Origin: Hemiscyllium ocellatum
Taxonomy: Eukaryota
DNA length: 64,000 nt
Assembly: GCF_020745735.1 (NCBI RefSeq)
Contig: NC_083449.1
Coordinates: 5,678,923 to 5,742,922 of the forward strand
Direction of reading: 5' to 3'
The translations under genes and the position numbers were made by a program. Shown here piece after piece: positions 35,655-48,105 of the stretch. The notes beneath the pieces are model-generated. The model made no database searches, had not been told where the DNA came from, and was given only the letters and a program-made list of their open reading frames with translations. Every line of letters starts with the position of its first letter. Positions within the stretch are counted from its first letter, which is position 1.

Positions 35655-37789
35655 GTATGTTACTGCTGTTAGAGCAAAGAACATCCTTTCCACAGTCACA
35701 GAGTGGATTGACATTGAGCTCCATTCCCAGAGAGATATGTTCAAACCAAGAGTCAAACACCACTGAGGAAACGGAAGTTTATATTTTTTTCTCTCTATTC
35801 TAAATGCATCCTACCCAGTTTCAATCAACTTGAATGAATTCTCTTCCAAAATATACACTGCATTAAAATCTGAGCATGGAATAGTACAGGACAGGAACGT
35901 GCTGTGCCGAACATGCCGCCAAAATGCAATTAATCCCTTCTCCCTGGCCTTGGTCCATAACCCTCTATTTCTTACATATTCATTTGCTTACCTAAAAGTC
36001 CTTTCAATACCCTTGTTGTATCTTCTTCCATCTCCACCCCTGGCAGTGTGTTCCACTGCTACCACTCCCTTTGTTTAAAAATAAAACTGCCCCTTATGTC
36101 TCATAGAGTCATAGAGATGTACAGCATGGAAACAGACCCTTTGCTCCAACCAGTCCATGCCGACCAGATATCCCAACCCAATCTACTCCCGCTGCCAGCA
36201 CCGGGCCCATATCCCTCCAAACCCTTCTTAATCATATACCCATCCAAACGCCTCTTAAATATTGCAATTGTACCAGCCTCCACCACTTCCTCTGGCAGCT
36301 CATTCCATACCTGTACCACCCTCTGTGTGAAAAAGTTGTCCATTAGGGCTTTTTTAAATCTTTCCCTCTTAAGTATTCTCCTATTCCTTTATACCCTTCT
36401 AAGGATTCACTCGATCTATCCTGTCCATACCTGACATATGCTTCCTTCTTTTTCTTAACCAAACCCTCAATTTCTTTAGTCATCCAGCATTCCCTATACC
36501 TCACAGCCTTTCCTTTTATCCTGATAGGAATATACCCTCTCTGGATTCTTGTTATCTCATTTCGGAAGGCTTCCCATTTTCCAGCCGTCCCTTTACCTGC
36601 GAACATCTGCCTCCAATCAGCTTTCGAAAGTTCTTGCCTAATACGGTCAAAATTGGCCTTTCTCCAATTGAGAACTTCAACTTTTAGATCTGGTCTATCC
36701 TTTTCCATCATTATTTTAAATCTAACAGAATTATGATCGCTGGCCCAAAGTCTCCCCCACTGACACCTCAGTCACCTGCCCTGCCTTATTTCCTAAGAGT
36801 AGGTCAGGTTTTGCACCTTCTCTTGTAGATACATCCACATAATGAATCAGAAAATTGTCTTGTATGCACTCAACAAATTGCTCTCCATTTAAACCCTTAA
36901 CACTATGGCAGTCCCAGTCTATGTTTGAAAAGTTAAAATCCCTTCCATAACCACCCTATTATTCTGACAGATACCTGAGATCTCCTGACAAGTTTGTTTC
37001 TCAATTTCCCTCTGACTATTCGGGGGTCTATAATACAATCCCAATAAGATGATTATCCCTTTCTTATTTCTCAGTTCTACCCAAATAACTTCCCTGGATG
37101 TATTTCCAGGAATACCCTCCCTCAGCACAACTGTAATGCTGTTGCTTATCATAAATGCCACTACCCCTCTTCTCTTGCCTCCCTTTCTGTCCTGCCTGGA
37201 GCATTTGTATCCTGCAACATTAAGCTGCCAGTCCTGTCCATTCCTGAGCAATGTTTCTGTAATTGCTATGATATCCCAGTCCCATGTCCCTAACCATGCC
37301 CTGGCTTCATCTGCTTTCCCTGTTAGGCCCCTTGCTTTGAGGTAAATGCAGTTTATTTTATTAGTCCTACTTTGTCCCTGTTTGCCCTGACTGTTTGACT
37401 CGCTTCTGTTCTCAATTGTACCAGTCTCAGACTGATCTCTTTCCTCACTACTTCCGTGCTTCCCACCTTAGTAGTTTAAATCCTCCCGAGCAGATCTAGG
37501 AAATTTCCCTGCCAGTATATTAGTCCCCTTCCAGTTTAGGTGCAATCCGTCCTTCTTGTACAGGTCACTTCTACCCCAATAGAGATACCAATGATCCAAA
37601 AATGTGAATCCTTCCCCATACACCAGTTCCTCAGCCATACATTCATCTGTTCTATCCTCCTATTCCTGCCCTCTCTAGCTTGTAGCACTGGGATTAACCT
37701 CCTTTTTAAATTTCTACCTAACTCTCGTAATCTCCTTTCAGAATCTCAACCTTTTCCCTTCCTATGTCGTTAGTCCCAATGTGGACAAT

Positions 37790-38010
37790 TCTGAAAAATG
37801 TGTTACTGGAAAAGCGCAGCAGGTCAGTCAGCATCCAAGGAGCAGGATAATCGACGTTTCGGGCATAAGCCCTTCTTCTGGAATTCCTGAAGAAGGGTTT
37901 ATGCCCGAAACGTCGATTCTCCTGCTCTTTGGATGCTGCCTGACCTGCTGTGCTTTTCCAGCAACACATTTTTCAGCTCTGATCTCCAGCATCTGCAGTC
38001 CTCACTTTCT
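37790..38010. mobile_element. Penelope-derived palindromic mini-element with back-to-back hammerheads
   Basis: ~92-bp arms centred on GGAATTCC. The + strand has CTGAAGA-a-GGGT ttat GCCC-GAAAC-GTC. TSD CCAATGTGGACAAT at 37776-37789 and 38011-38024. Confidence 0.88.
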
Positions 38011-38205
38011 CCAATGTGGACAATGACCTCTTGCTGTCCCCTCTTCCCCTGTGAGAACATTCTTCACCCTCTCTGAGACATCCTTGATCCTGTCACCAGG
38101 GAACCAACACACCATTCTGCTTTACCGCTACTAGCCACAGAAATGTCTGTCTGTACCTGGGACTACAGAATCCCCTCACACAATTGATCTCTGGAAGCCA
38201 CAATT

Positions 38206-38516
38206 GGGTGGCACGGTGGCACAGTGGTTAGCACTGCTGCCTCACAGCGCCTGTAGACCCGGGTTCAATTCCCGCCTCAGGCGACTGACTGTGTGGAGTT
38301 TGCACGTTCTCCCCGTGTCTGCGTGGGTTTCCTCCGGGTGCTCCGGTTTCCTCCCACAGTCCAAAGATGTGCGGGTCAGGTGAATTGGCCAAGCTAAATT
38401 GCCCGTAGTGTTAGGTAAGGGGTAAAATGTAAAGGGTATGGGTGGGTTGCGCTTCGGCGGGTCGGTGTGGACTTGTTGGGCCGAAGGGCCTGTTTCCACA
38501 CTGTAAGTCTAATCTA
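38206..38516 (+). mobile_element. Young HE1/V-SINE-type SINE (absent from the paralog at ~60520)
   Basis: A and B boxes, V-domain core, TCTAATCTA tail, and flanking AAGCCA repeat. Confidence 0.9.
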
Positions 38517-38884
38517 AAAGCCAATGTATCCCTCATTGCATTCGAGCCAGTCTCAGTACCAGAAACTTAGATTCTCAGGGGAATGTAGCATAAACAGCCA
38601 TCACCCCCTACTCTTTCCAAAACATCATACCTGTCCAAAGGGAAATCAAATATTGACATGAAGAGGTACACATTCAGACAGATACCCAGAAGTTATTGGA
38701 CACAGAGTGAGAAAGCTCTCATAAAGTGGTCTGGTTATAAACATGTGAACAATAAATTCAAAATACAGATGCAGAATATAACTTACAGTCAAAAATTATA
38801 CCATTGAATAAAAGTTGTGGAAATTATTCCAACTGCTTTACACAGTCGAGACTAACAATGGTAGAAAAATTCTCACTTTCATTT

Positions 38885-39220
38885 AAAGTACATAGAATTC
38901 CTCCAGTACAGAGAGAGGTCATTTGGCCCATCCCTCTGCAACAACTCTTCAAAGCGGATCCCACCCAGATGTAGACCCTACCCAGTCCCCATAACTCCAC
39001 GTTTACCATAGTTAACCCACTGCCACTGCACATCTTTGAATAATACAGGACAATTTACCATGGCTAATCCAGCAACCCTGCACATGTTTGTACCATGCAA
39101 AGAAACTAGAGCACGCAGAGGAAACTCATGCAGACATGGGCAGAATGTGCAAACTGCACACAGATAATGAACGAAGGCTGGAATTGAATCTGTGTCCCTG
39201 GCACCACTGTGCCACCCTGA
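38885..39220 (-). mobile_element. Old HE1/V-SINE-like copy (paralog 60855-61120)
   Basis: The reverse complement carries gggtggcacagtgg...tgtgcagtttgcacattct. Confidence 0.7.
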
Positions 39221-39339
39221 CATGGATGGCAATAGATAAAATCTTATTCATGTTGACCAACAGAGATTTGAAGTAAGTAGAGCTCCTGCAGTTTCTGCAA
39301 GTGTCATGTTTAACAGAGACAAATGTGTAAGTACACTCA

Positions 39340-40460
39340 TTCATTCACAGAACACAAACTGACAGGTACAGGTACTTTCAGGTACAAATGCACTCATCCA
39401 TCCATATAGTTGAAGCTGTCAGGGATAGTCTGATGATTGCACAAATACATTCGCATTGCAGAAATTGAAATCTGCACTCAAACATATTCATATTATAGAA
39501 ACTGACAGGTACATTTTGATCACACACCCACATTCCCAGAGCAGAATCTCACAGGTATATATTGATAACTACATTTTTACATTTACCTAGAAGCTAATGA
39601 GGCAGATTGATAACTAACATCACATTGACATAGCAAAAGCTGACAGGTAAAGACTGGTAATGACATTCTCATATTCACACAGCAGAATCTGACAGGGGCA
39701 GATCTATAAGTGGACAGTCATCTTCACATCACAGACACTGACAGGGAGAGATAGATAACCAGACTGTCATATTCAAATTACAGAAACTGATGAACAGATC
39801 AATAATTACTCTTCCATATTCAGAGATCAGAAACTGACAGGTACAAATGGATAGGCAAAGCTGAGGACTGCAGATGCTGGAGATTAGAGTCAGGAGTGTG
39901 ATGCTGGAAAAGCACAGCAAGTCAGGAAGCTTCCAAGGAGCAGAAGAATTGATGTTTTGCTTTCCTGATGAAGGGCTTTTGCCCGAAACGTTGATTTCGC
40001 TGCACTTTGGATGCTGCCTGAACTGCTGTGCTCTTCTAGCACCACTGATCCAGAATCTGGTTTCCAGCATCTGCAGTCATTGTTTTTACACCGTTTTGTT
40101 TAAAAGCCCTTCATCAGTATAGATAGATAACTACACCAATACATTCACATCAAAGAAACTGACAGGAAAAGAATGATAACTAAACTCATGCATTCCTGTC
40201 ACTGAAAGCAACAGGTACATTTCAATATGGACCCCCACATGTTCACTTCGCAGAAGATGGCAGGTTGCAGAAACTGACATAGACGATTGATTAAACTATC
40301 CCATTTACAGACTAGAAACTGTCATATTCACACAATAGAAACCAACAGGTATAGAGTGATAACTTCACTCAAGTATGCACAAACTTACTGGGAGAGGGCG
40401 ATACCTGTATTCACATATTCAAATAGCAGAAGCTTAGAGCTGCAGATTGATACATAAGCT
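39340..40460. repeat. ~49-bp minisatellite array with nested Penelope mini-elements (39855-40116)
   Basis: Same unit as 22240. Paralogs at 53985-54990 and 61240-62200. Confidence 0.82.
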
Positions 40461-41566
40461 CTCATTGTACGTATAAAATAGTTGGGTATATTCTCATTGG
40501 AGTATTGAAGAACAATGTTTGATCTTTAGAGCAAAAAAAAAATCTGAATGGAGTTGACAGAGCTGATGCTGGGAGTATGTCACTGCTCATGAGAGAATCC
40601 CGAGTAAGGGACACAGTTTTGAACAGGAAGCCTTCTGTCTAAGAGAGCAATGCAGAACATTCTCCCCTTGTTCTGTTCCACAGAGAGCAGTTAGTGTTGA
40701 GTTATCAGCTTAATGTATGCTCATGTAGCCATATATCATTTTTGATACATAAGGGAATCTTTGGTTATGGGCACTAAACATCAAAATGAGATGAAGACCA
40801 TAACTAAAGCCTTGGTGATCTGTTCTCATGACAGAGTACACATGGTCTTCTGCTTTGAGATATTTAAAGTGATACAAAATCGAAAGAAATGAATAACTAC
40901 ACCATGTAATCTGTATCTGCAGCATTATTCACCATACACTTTATTATTAACTTACTGATATGTGTGTACTCACAGATCAGACACTGATCGATTCGTTTAT
41001 ACGTTACCCTATGTATCAAGGGTGGAGTGAAAAATAAGATTAACCATCCATTTCATCAGAAACTTTGAGATGTTGAGATATTTGCTCTCTGTCATGTCAG
41101 TGATTAACTGATACTGAGTAAATACAAGATTAGAAACAATAAACTGGCATTTATAGAATGAAATACTGAGTCAGTTGCAAAGCAATAAATTATTAGGATA
41201 TAATACAAGTATCGATTAGCTATAAACTAGCATGAACAATGTAACATCCGCAGTGACATTGTAGATATTGTCAGTAACAATGTACAAAGCATTATCCTTT
41301 ATCAAAATGCTGCAGTTACAAATACAAACCCAACTTCACTTTGCATAAGCTAATATTCATCGGGTTTGGGAGTGGAGGGTAGTGAGTCTTACCTGAGTTT
41401 GTCCAAAATGGTACCTGGTACTTTCAAAATTGACACCGACAGAGTAAAGCAACAAGGTACACTTCAGAAGGTTTGAGTTACAGTCCAGTAACATACTGAC
41501 ATGTTAAGACTGTGAAATAGAGTTTACAAAAATACATCCCAGAAACAGACGGGCACAGATTGGAGG

Positions 41567-41698
41567 CGAGAGTGTGGTGTTGGAAAAGCACAGCAGGTCA
41601 GGCAGCATCCGGGAAGCAGGAGAAGCATAAGCCCTTCATCTCGAAGTTTTGGGCATAAGCCTCTGATCCCCAGCATCTGCAGTTCTCACTTTCCCCTG
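41567..41698. mobile_element. Penelope mini-insertion with an inverted body and a direct tail
   Basis: 16-bp TSD GGGCACAGATTGGAGG at 41551-41566 and 41699-41714. Paralog at ~55357-55500. Confidence 0.8.
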
Positions 41699-41810
41699 GG
41701 GCACAGATTGGAGGAATATTTCCAAGTGACTGGCAAATAGTATAACGTTTTACCGCTCTCGTCAGTGTTTGATGGTTACAGAATAAAATCTGTCTTGAAA
41801 TCTGTCTTTG

Positions 41811-41992
41811 TGGGCGGCACGGTGGCACAGTGGTTAGCACTGTTGCCTCACAGCGCCAGAGACCCGGGTTCATTTCCCGCGTCAGGCGACCGACTGTGTG
41901 GAGTTTGCACATTCTCCCCGTGTCTGCGTGGGTTGCGCTTCGGCGGGTCGGTGTGGACTTGTTGGGCCGAAGGGCATGTTTCCACGCTGTAA
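41811..41992 (+). mobile_element. HE1/V-SINE-type SINE with internal deletion
   Basis: tRNA-like head joined directly to the tail. Absent from the paralog at ~62790. Confidence 0.85.
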
Positions 41993-42589
41993 GTAACACT
42001 AACACTACCTATTAGATTGGGTTAGGACATGACAGCTGCTGGTTAACAGACATTCGCGTAAGACTGAGAAATGTTATAAACCACTGCATGAAACTGCAAG
42101 ACGCTTAATTGAAAAGTGCAGCAACGTGGTTCAGTTACCGATACGTCCCACAGTTATCAGTCAAGGTCTCAGAAATATATTCATCCCACAGACGTGACTC
42201 AACTCGTGACTCAAGAAAAGTATTACGTAGAAACTTTTCATTTATTTTCAACTTAAGAACGAGATGCATCAACCCCAAGTGTAGAAAACATTGACAGTCA
42301 TGTTCCAGTGGTTTGTGTAACTTGACAACAAATGTAATCGCAATTTCGAAAGGATGAGTTTTTTTTCACACAGTGACAAGTTCTGTGTTAATTCCAGCCT
42401 ATATAGAGCATCAGAAATAGACATGCGGAGCTAGAAACACATCAGGACAACAACAAGCACAAGGAAACCGAGCCAATACCACAGTCACTTTCTGTATCAC
42501 AGATACAAAACAAATCTCCCTCAGCCAGCCTGACAGGAGCAGAATCACCATCCACTTCACATTTCGTTGCAGATCCACATTGAGTCTCA

Positions 42590-42706
42590 CACGAACCAAT
42601 CAGAGAGACTCCATGTTGGGGATTGACACTGTGTAAACTACCCAATCAGAAGTCAGGCATTCCCCAATCCCTCATTAGCATTGATGACGCCGTCAGTCTA
42701 TAAAGA
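42590..42706 (+). promoter_or_regulatory. H2B promoter: CCAAT boxes, variant octamer, CRE-like site, TATA
   Basis: CCAAT at 42596 and 42642, ATTAGCAT at 42674-42681, TGACGCCGTCA, and TATAAA at 42699. All are retained upstream of the second H2B (63268-63375). Confidence 0.75.
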
Positions 42707-42758
42707 GGGAGCTCCGAGGCTGATTTCCTTTATTCTGTTTCTGAAGGTAAGCAGGACA

Positions 42759-43139
42759 ATGGCTGATGAGAAGAAAGCCCAGCAAGCTTCCAAGAAGGGC
42801 GCGAAGAAAATTATCAAGAAGGCGCCAGCAAAGGGTGGCAGAAAGAGGAAGCGGTCCAGGAAAGAAAGTTACTCTATCTACATCTACAAAGTGATGAAGC
42901 AGGTTCACCCCGACACCGGCATCTCCTCCAAGGCCATGAGCATCATGAACTCGTTCGTTAACGATATTTTCGAGCGTATCGCGGGGGAGGCTTCCCGCCT
43001 GGCCCATTACAACAAGCGCAGCACCATCAGCTCCCGGGAGATCCAGACCGCCGTGCGGCTGCTGCTGCCCGGGGAGTTGGCCAAGCACGCCGTGTCGGAG
43101 GGCACAAAGGCGGTGACCAAGTACACCAGCTCCAAGTGA
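42759..43139 (+). CDS. H2B: Histone H2B (126 aa)
   Basis: [17 protein letters not shown]...[26 protein letters not shown]...TKYTSSK. Confidence 0.99.
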   Translation: MADEKKAQQASKKGAKKIIKKAPAKGGRKRKRSRKESYSIYIYKVMKQVHPDTGISSKAMSIMNSFVNDIFERIAGEASRLAHYNKRSTISSREIQTAVRLLLPGELAKHAVSEGTKAVTKYTSSK

Positions 43140-43180
43140 AGGACCGCACTGCACTGAAACACACACATCCACAACCCAAA

Positions 43181-43222
43181 GGCTCTTATAAGAGCCACCC
43201 ACAACATCCCTGAGGCAGCTGA
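43181..43222 (+). terminator. Histone 3' stem-loop and HDE
   Basis: cccaaa-GGCTCT-TATA-AGAGCC-accca, followed by TGAGGCAGCTG. Confidence 0.92.
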
Positions 43223-43538
43223 ACCATTTCTTCAAGAGTTCTTTGTTTTAGTTTCCATGTGATTTTTGATACGGCGTTTCAACTTCTAAAGATATATGTT
43301 GTGTTAATAAGTACTTCGAAAATTATTCGGGAGTAGGTTGGAGAGTGCAGATCAAGCGCCAGTGAGTCATTTTTCATCTTGCTTGATTGCCTCAGGCAGA
43401 CAAATGCCCACGTCTTTCACTCAAACGATTGCCTTCTGATTTAAGTAAAAAATGAGGTCTGCAGATGCTGGAGATCACAGCTGCAAATGTGTTGCTGGTC
43501 AAAGCACAGCAGGTTAGGCAGCATCTCAGGAATAGAGA

Positions 43539-43574
43539 ATTCGACGTTTCGAGCATAAGCCCTTCATCAGGAAT
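43539..43574 (-). ncRNA. Minimal type I hammerhead ribozyme in the PLE terminal repeat
   Basis: Minus strand ATTC-CTGATGA-a-GGGC ttat GCTC-GAAAC-GTC-GAAT. The mirror copy at 46819-46854 has 2 substitutions. Confidence 0.8.
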
Positions 43575-44460
43575 AAGAGAGAGAGAGAGCCAAGCAGGCT
43601 GAGATAAAAGGTAGGGAGGAGGGACTAGGGGGAGGGGCGATGGAGGTGGGATAGGTGGAAGGAGGTCAAGGTGAGGGTGATAGGCCGGAGTGGGGTGGGG
43701 GCGGAGAGGTCAGGAAGAGGATTGCAGGTTAGGAGGGCGGTGCTGAGTTGAGGGAACCGACTGAGACAAGGTGGGGGGAGGGGAAATGAGGAAGCTGGAG
43801 AAATCTGAATTCATACCTTGTGGTTGGAGGGTTCCCAGGCGGAAGATGAGGCGCTCCTCCTCCAGCCGTCGTGTAGTTGTGTTCTGCCGGTGGAGGAGTC
43901 CAAGGACCTGCATGTCCTTGGTGGAGTGGGAGGGGGAGTTAAAGTGTTGAGCCACGGGGTGATTGGGTTGATTGGTTCGGGCGGCCCAGAGGTGTTCTCT
44001 GAAGCGTTCCGCAAGTAAGCGGCCTGTCTCACCAATATAGAGGAGGCCACATCGGGTGCAGCGGATGCAATAGATGATGTGTGTGGAGGTACAGGTGAAC
44101 TTGTGGCGGATATGGAAGGATCCCTTGGGGCCTTGGAGGGAAGTGAGTGTGGAGGTGTGGGCGCAAGTTTTACATTTCCTGCGGTTGCAGGGGAAGGTGC
44201 CGGGGGTGGAGGTTGGGTTGGTGGGGGGTGTGGATCTGACAAGGGAGTCACGAAGGGAGTGGTCCTTGCGGAACGCTGATAGGGGAGGGGAGGGAAATAT
44301 ATCCTTGGTGGTGGGGTCCGTTTGGAGGTGGCGGAAATGGCGGCGGATAATACGTTGTATGCGCAGGTTGGTGGGGTGGTAGGTGAGAACCAGTGGGGTT
44401 CTGTCTTGGTGGCGGTTGGAGGAGCGGGGCTCAAGGGCGGAGGAGCGGGAAGTGGAGGAG

Positions 44461-44558
44461 ATGCGGTGGAGGGCATCGTCGATCACGTGTGCGGTGGAGG
44501 GCATCGTCGATCACGTATGCGGTGGAGGGCATCGTCGATCACGTATGCGGTGGAGGGC
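44461..44558. repeat. 3.5 x 28-bp tandem repeat at the PLE inversion junction
   Basis: (ATGCGGTGGAGGGCATCGTCGATCACGT) starting at 44461, 44489 and 44517, plus a partial unit at 44545. Confidence 0.95.
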
Positions 44559-46685
44559 CGCCTTCGCCTCCGTGCCTACTTTCACAACCAAGACTCCCGC
44601 CCACCCTCTGACGACCCCTTCTCCCGCCTCCAACACACCCCATCCACCTGGACACCCCGTGCAGGCCTCCTACCCGCCCTCGACCTCTTTATAGCCAACT
44701 GCCGCCGTGACATCAACCGACTCAACCTGTCCACCCCTCTCACCCACTCCAACCTCTCACCCTCAGAACGTGCAGCCCTCCACTCCCTCCGCTCCAATCC
44801 CAACCTCACCATCAAACCCGCAGACAAGGGAGGCGCGGTGGTAGTTTGGCGCACTGACCTGTACACCGCTGAAGCCAAACGCCAGCTCGCGGACGCCTCG
44901 TCTTATCGCCCCCTTGACCACGACCCCACCTCCCACCACCAAACCATCATCTCCCAGACCATCCAGGACCTCATCACCTCAGGGGATCTCCCATCCACCG
45001 CCTCCAACCTCATAGTCCCACAACCCCGCACCGCCCGTTTCTACCTCCTGCCCAAAATCCACAAACCTGCCTGCCCCGGCCGACCCATTGTCTCAGCCTG
45101 CTCCTGCCCCACCGAACTCATCTCCCAATACCTCGACACGGTCCTGTCCCCTTTAGTCCAAGAACTCCCCACCTACGTTCGGGACACCACCCACGCCCTC
45201 CACCTCCTCCAGGATTTTCGCTTCCCCTGTCCCCAACGCCTTATTTTCACTATGGACATCCAGTCCCTGTACACCTCCATCCCCCATCACGAAGGACTCA
45301 AAGCCCTCCGCTTCTTCCTTTCCCGCCGCACTAACCAGTACCCTTCCACTGACACCCTCCTTCGACTGACTGAACTGGTCCTCACCCTGAATAACTTCTC
45401 TTTTCAATCCTCCCACTTCCTCCAAACTAAAGGAGTTGCCATGGGCACCCGCATGGGCCCCAGCTATGCCTGCCTCTTCGTAGGATATGTGGAACAGTCC
45501 ATCTTCCGCAACTACACTGGCACCACCCCCCACCTTTTCCTCCGCTACATCGATGACTGTATCGGCGCTGCCTCGTGCTCCCACGAGGAGGTTGAACAGT
45601 TCATCAACTTTACTAACACCTTCCATCCCGACCTGAAATTCACCTGGACTGTCTCAGACTCCTCCCTCCCCTTCCTAGACCTTTCCATTTCTATCTCGGG
45701 CGACCGACTCAACACAGACATCTATTATAAACCGACTGACTCCCACAGCTACCTGGACTACACCTCCTCCCACCCTGCCCCCTGTAAAAACGCCATCCCA
45801 TATTCCCAATTCCTTCGTCTCCGCCGCATCTGCTCCCAGGAGGACCAATTCCAACACCGCACAACCCAGATGGCCTCCTTCTTCAAGGACCGCAGATTCC
45901 CCCCAGACGTGATCGACGATGCCCTCCACCGCATCTCCTCCACTTCCCGCTCCTCCGCCCTTGAGCCCCGCTCCTCCAACCGCCACCAAGACAGAACCCC
46001 ACTGGTTCTCACCTACCACCCCACCAACCTGCGCATATAACGTATTATCCGCCGCCATTTCCGCCACCTCCAAACGGACCCCACCACCAAGGATATATTT
46101 CCCTCCCCTCCCCTATCAGCGTTCCGCAAGGACCACTCCCTTCGTGACTCCCTTGTCAGATCCACACCCCCCACCAACCCAACCTCCACCCCCGGCACCT
46201 TCCCCTGCAACCGCAGGAAATGTAAAACTTGCGCCCACACCTCCACACTCACTTCCCTCCAAGGCCCCAAGGGATCCTTCCATATCCGCCACAAGTTCAC
46301 CTGTACCTCCACACACATCATCTATTGCATCCGCTGCACCCGATGTGGCCTCCTCTATATTGGTGAGACAGGCCGCTTACTTGCGGAACGCTTCAGAGAA
46401 CACCTCTGGGCCGCCCGAACCAATCAACCCAATCACCCCGTGGCTCAACACTTTCACTCCCCCTCCCACTCCACCGAGGACATGCAGGTCCTTGGACTCC
46501 TCCACCGGCAGAACACAACTACACGACGGCTGGAGGAGGAGCGCCTCATCTTCCGCCTGGGGACCCTCCAACCACAAGGTATGAATTCAGATTTCTCCAG
46601 CTTCCTCATTTCCCCTCCCCCCACCTTGTCTCAGTCGGTTCCCTCAACTCAGCACCGCCCTCCTAACCTGCAATCCTCTTCCTGA
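44559..46685 (+). pseudogene. Penelope-like RT and GIY-YIG endonuclease ORF, 5'-truncated, one nonsense codon
   Basis: IKPADKGG, LPKIHK..PGRPIVS, GVAMG..MGPSYA, RYIDD; CNRRKCKTC, IIYCIRC..CGLLYIGET..R..EH. TAA at 46038-46040 where the mirror arm has CAA. Confidence 0.92.
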
Positions 46686-47400
46686 CCTCTCCGCCCCCAC
46701 CCCACTCCGGCCTATCACCCTCACCTTGACCTCCTTCCACCTATCCCACCTCCATCGCCCCTCCCCCTAGTCCCTCCTCCCTACCTTTTATCTCAGCCTG
46801 CTTGGCTCTCTCTCTCTTCTTCCTGATGAAGGGATTATGCTCGAAACGTCGAATTCTCTATTCCTGAGATGCTGCCTAACCTGCCTTCTGATTTACTCTA
46901 CATTTCCAATGCACGGGTTTGATCCGATTTTTCGCAATGCAAAATAAATCTTCCAGCTGTCGGTGAGAGACTTTCAAACCGAACTGAGAGAATTCCAACA
47001 CAGCTACCGGACTGAAGCGTGGTGCTTTTGCTGAATCTGATCGAGAGCGATAATGGAGGATAGCTTTAAAATATCGTCTTAAAAAAACGTGTTCGCCCTC
47101 GATGCTGAGCCGGAAGAATGCTGTGTGCTGCTTTATCAGCATATCGGGGTGGTACTGAAATGTGAAAAGGAAAGACAGGTTGCAGACTGCAGTGTTTGGC
47201 CTGTTTTGTTTCAGCTTCTTCTCAAGGTTCAGAAATTAACCAACTCTCTTGCTCCGATACAGATCGGCAAATGAAGGAGAGTATGACCGTGTGAACTACA
47301 CTTTGTAAATTAAAAGTAAATTAACATGAGTACTCATGTATTTTGGACTTCCTCAGTTTTTTGTACTTCATTATTCAGGTAAAACAGGCTCCTGTGTTTG

Positions 47401-47586
47401 GAAATTGGCGGGCTTTTCAAATTGGAAAGAAAGCGGTTGATGATTTGGCGCCTGTCGTTTCTGCCCTCCTCCCCGGGCCCTCTCCGGATTGGGGAATGAG
47501 GCAGATATCTGATTGGGAATTGAAACATTAAGAGAGGCTGACCAATCAGAAATGGCCGCCCCACCATTCCTCCCGAAGGTATAAGA
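47401..47586 (+). promoter_or_regulatory. H2A promoter (E2F-like sites, CHR-like site, CCAAT boxes, TATA)
   Basis: TTGGCGGG (47405), TTCAAA (~47416), TTTGGCGCC (47444), ATTGG (47488, 47512), CCAAT (47542) and TATAAG (47580). Confidence 0.7.
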
Positions 47587-47608
47587 GGCCGCAATGTAGG
47601 CGGAGTGA

Positions 47609-48034
<426 letters not shown>

Positions 48035-48064
48035 AGAGACCGTCCTTCAATCTCACAACCCAAA

Positions 48065-48105
48065 GGCTCTTTTAAGAGCCACTCACAGCATCTGTGAAAG
48101 GAGCT
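48065..48105 (+). terminator. Histone 3' stem-loop and HDE
   Basis: cccaaa-GGCTCT-TTTA-AGAGCC-actca, followed by GAAAGGAGCT. Confidence 0.93.

Larger units (their letters stand above)
36100..38640 (-). mobile_element. Internally deleted CR1 with SGNH-esterase ORF1 and APE region
   Basis: IVHIGTNDIG and DLYKKDGLHLNWKGTNILAG (ORF1 esterase); WQLNVAGYKC..YYRPPNS (endonuclease); 3' tail at 36100. Confidence 0.85.
25777..43345 (+). repeat. Direct segmental duplication unit containing H2B (paralog 55781-64000)
   Basis: Same order of CR1-Gypsy junction, esterase CR1 with hairpin insert, old SINE, 49-bp array, H2B promoter, gene and 3' flank. The copies differ by private insertions and deletions. 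Confidence 0.9.
43444..46881. mobile_element. Young Penelope-like retroelement with a ~1-kb inverted duplication
   Basis: The minus arm (43444-44488) mirrors 45907-46881, and the plus body encodes RT and GIY-YIG. 14-bp TSD TGCCTTCTGATTTA at 43430-43443 and 46882-46895. Confidence 0.95.

Noticed and set aside
35446-35766. 106-aa ORF (and the opposite-strand 101-aa ORF) as a protein gene
   Set aside because: Paralogous module copies have frameshifts and stops, and no domain is recognisable.
38206-38280. tRNA genes (also 7961, 41811, 55021)
   Set aside because: These are tRNA-derived SINE heads continuing into the V-domain core, with no complete cloverleaf or terminator.
38631-38730. Minus-strand exon (paralog 60633-60706)
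   Set aside because: The apparent donor lies within CR1 ORF1-derived sequence and the acceptor is weak.
42681-42758. N-terminally extended H2B, H4 or H2A from the ORF track
   Set aside because: The extensions start at non-ATG codons, and for H2B they lie upstream of the TATA box. The canonical ATGs are 18338, 42759, 47645 and 63429.
44461-44558. 28-bp repeats as CRISPR direct repeats
   Set aside because: They are head-to-tail with no spacers and copy the adjacent PLE sequence.
44322-44558. N-terminal part of the 572-aa ORF as a real PLE start
   Set aside because: It is antisense arm sequence plus junction repeats that happen to be in frame with the truncated RT.
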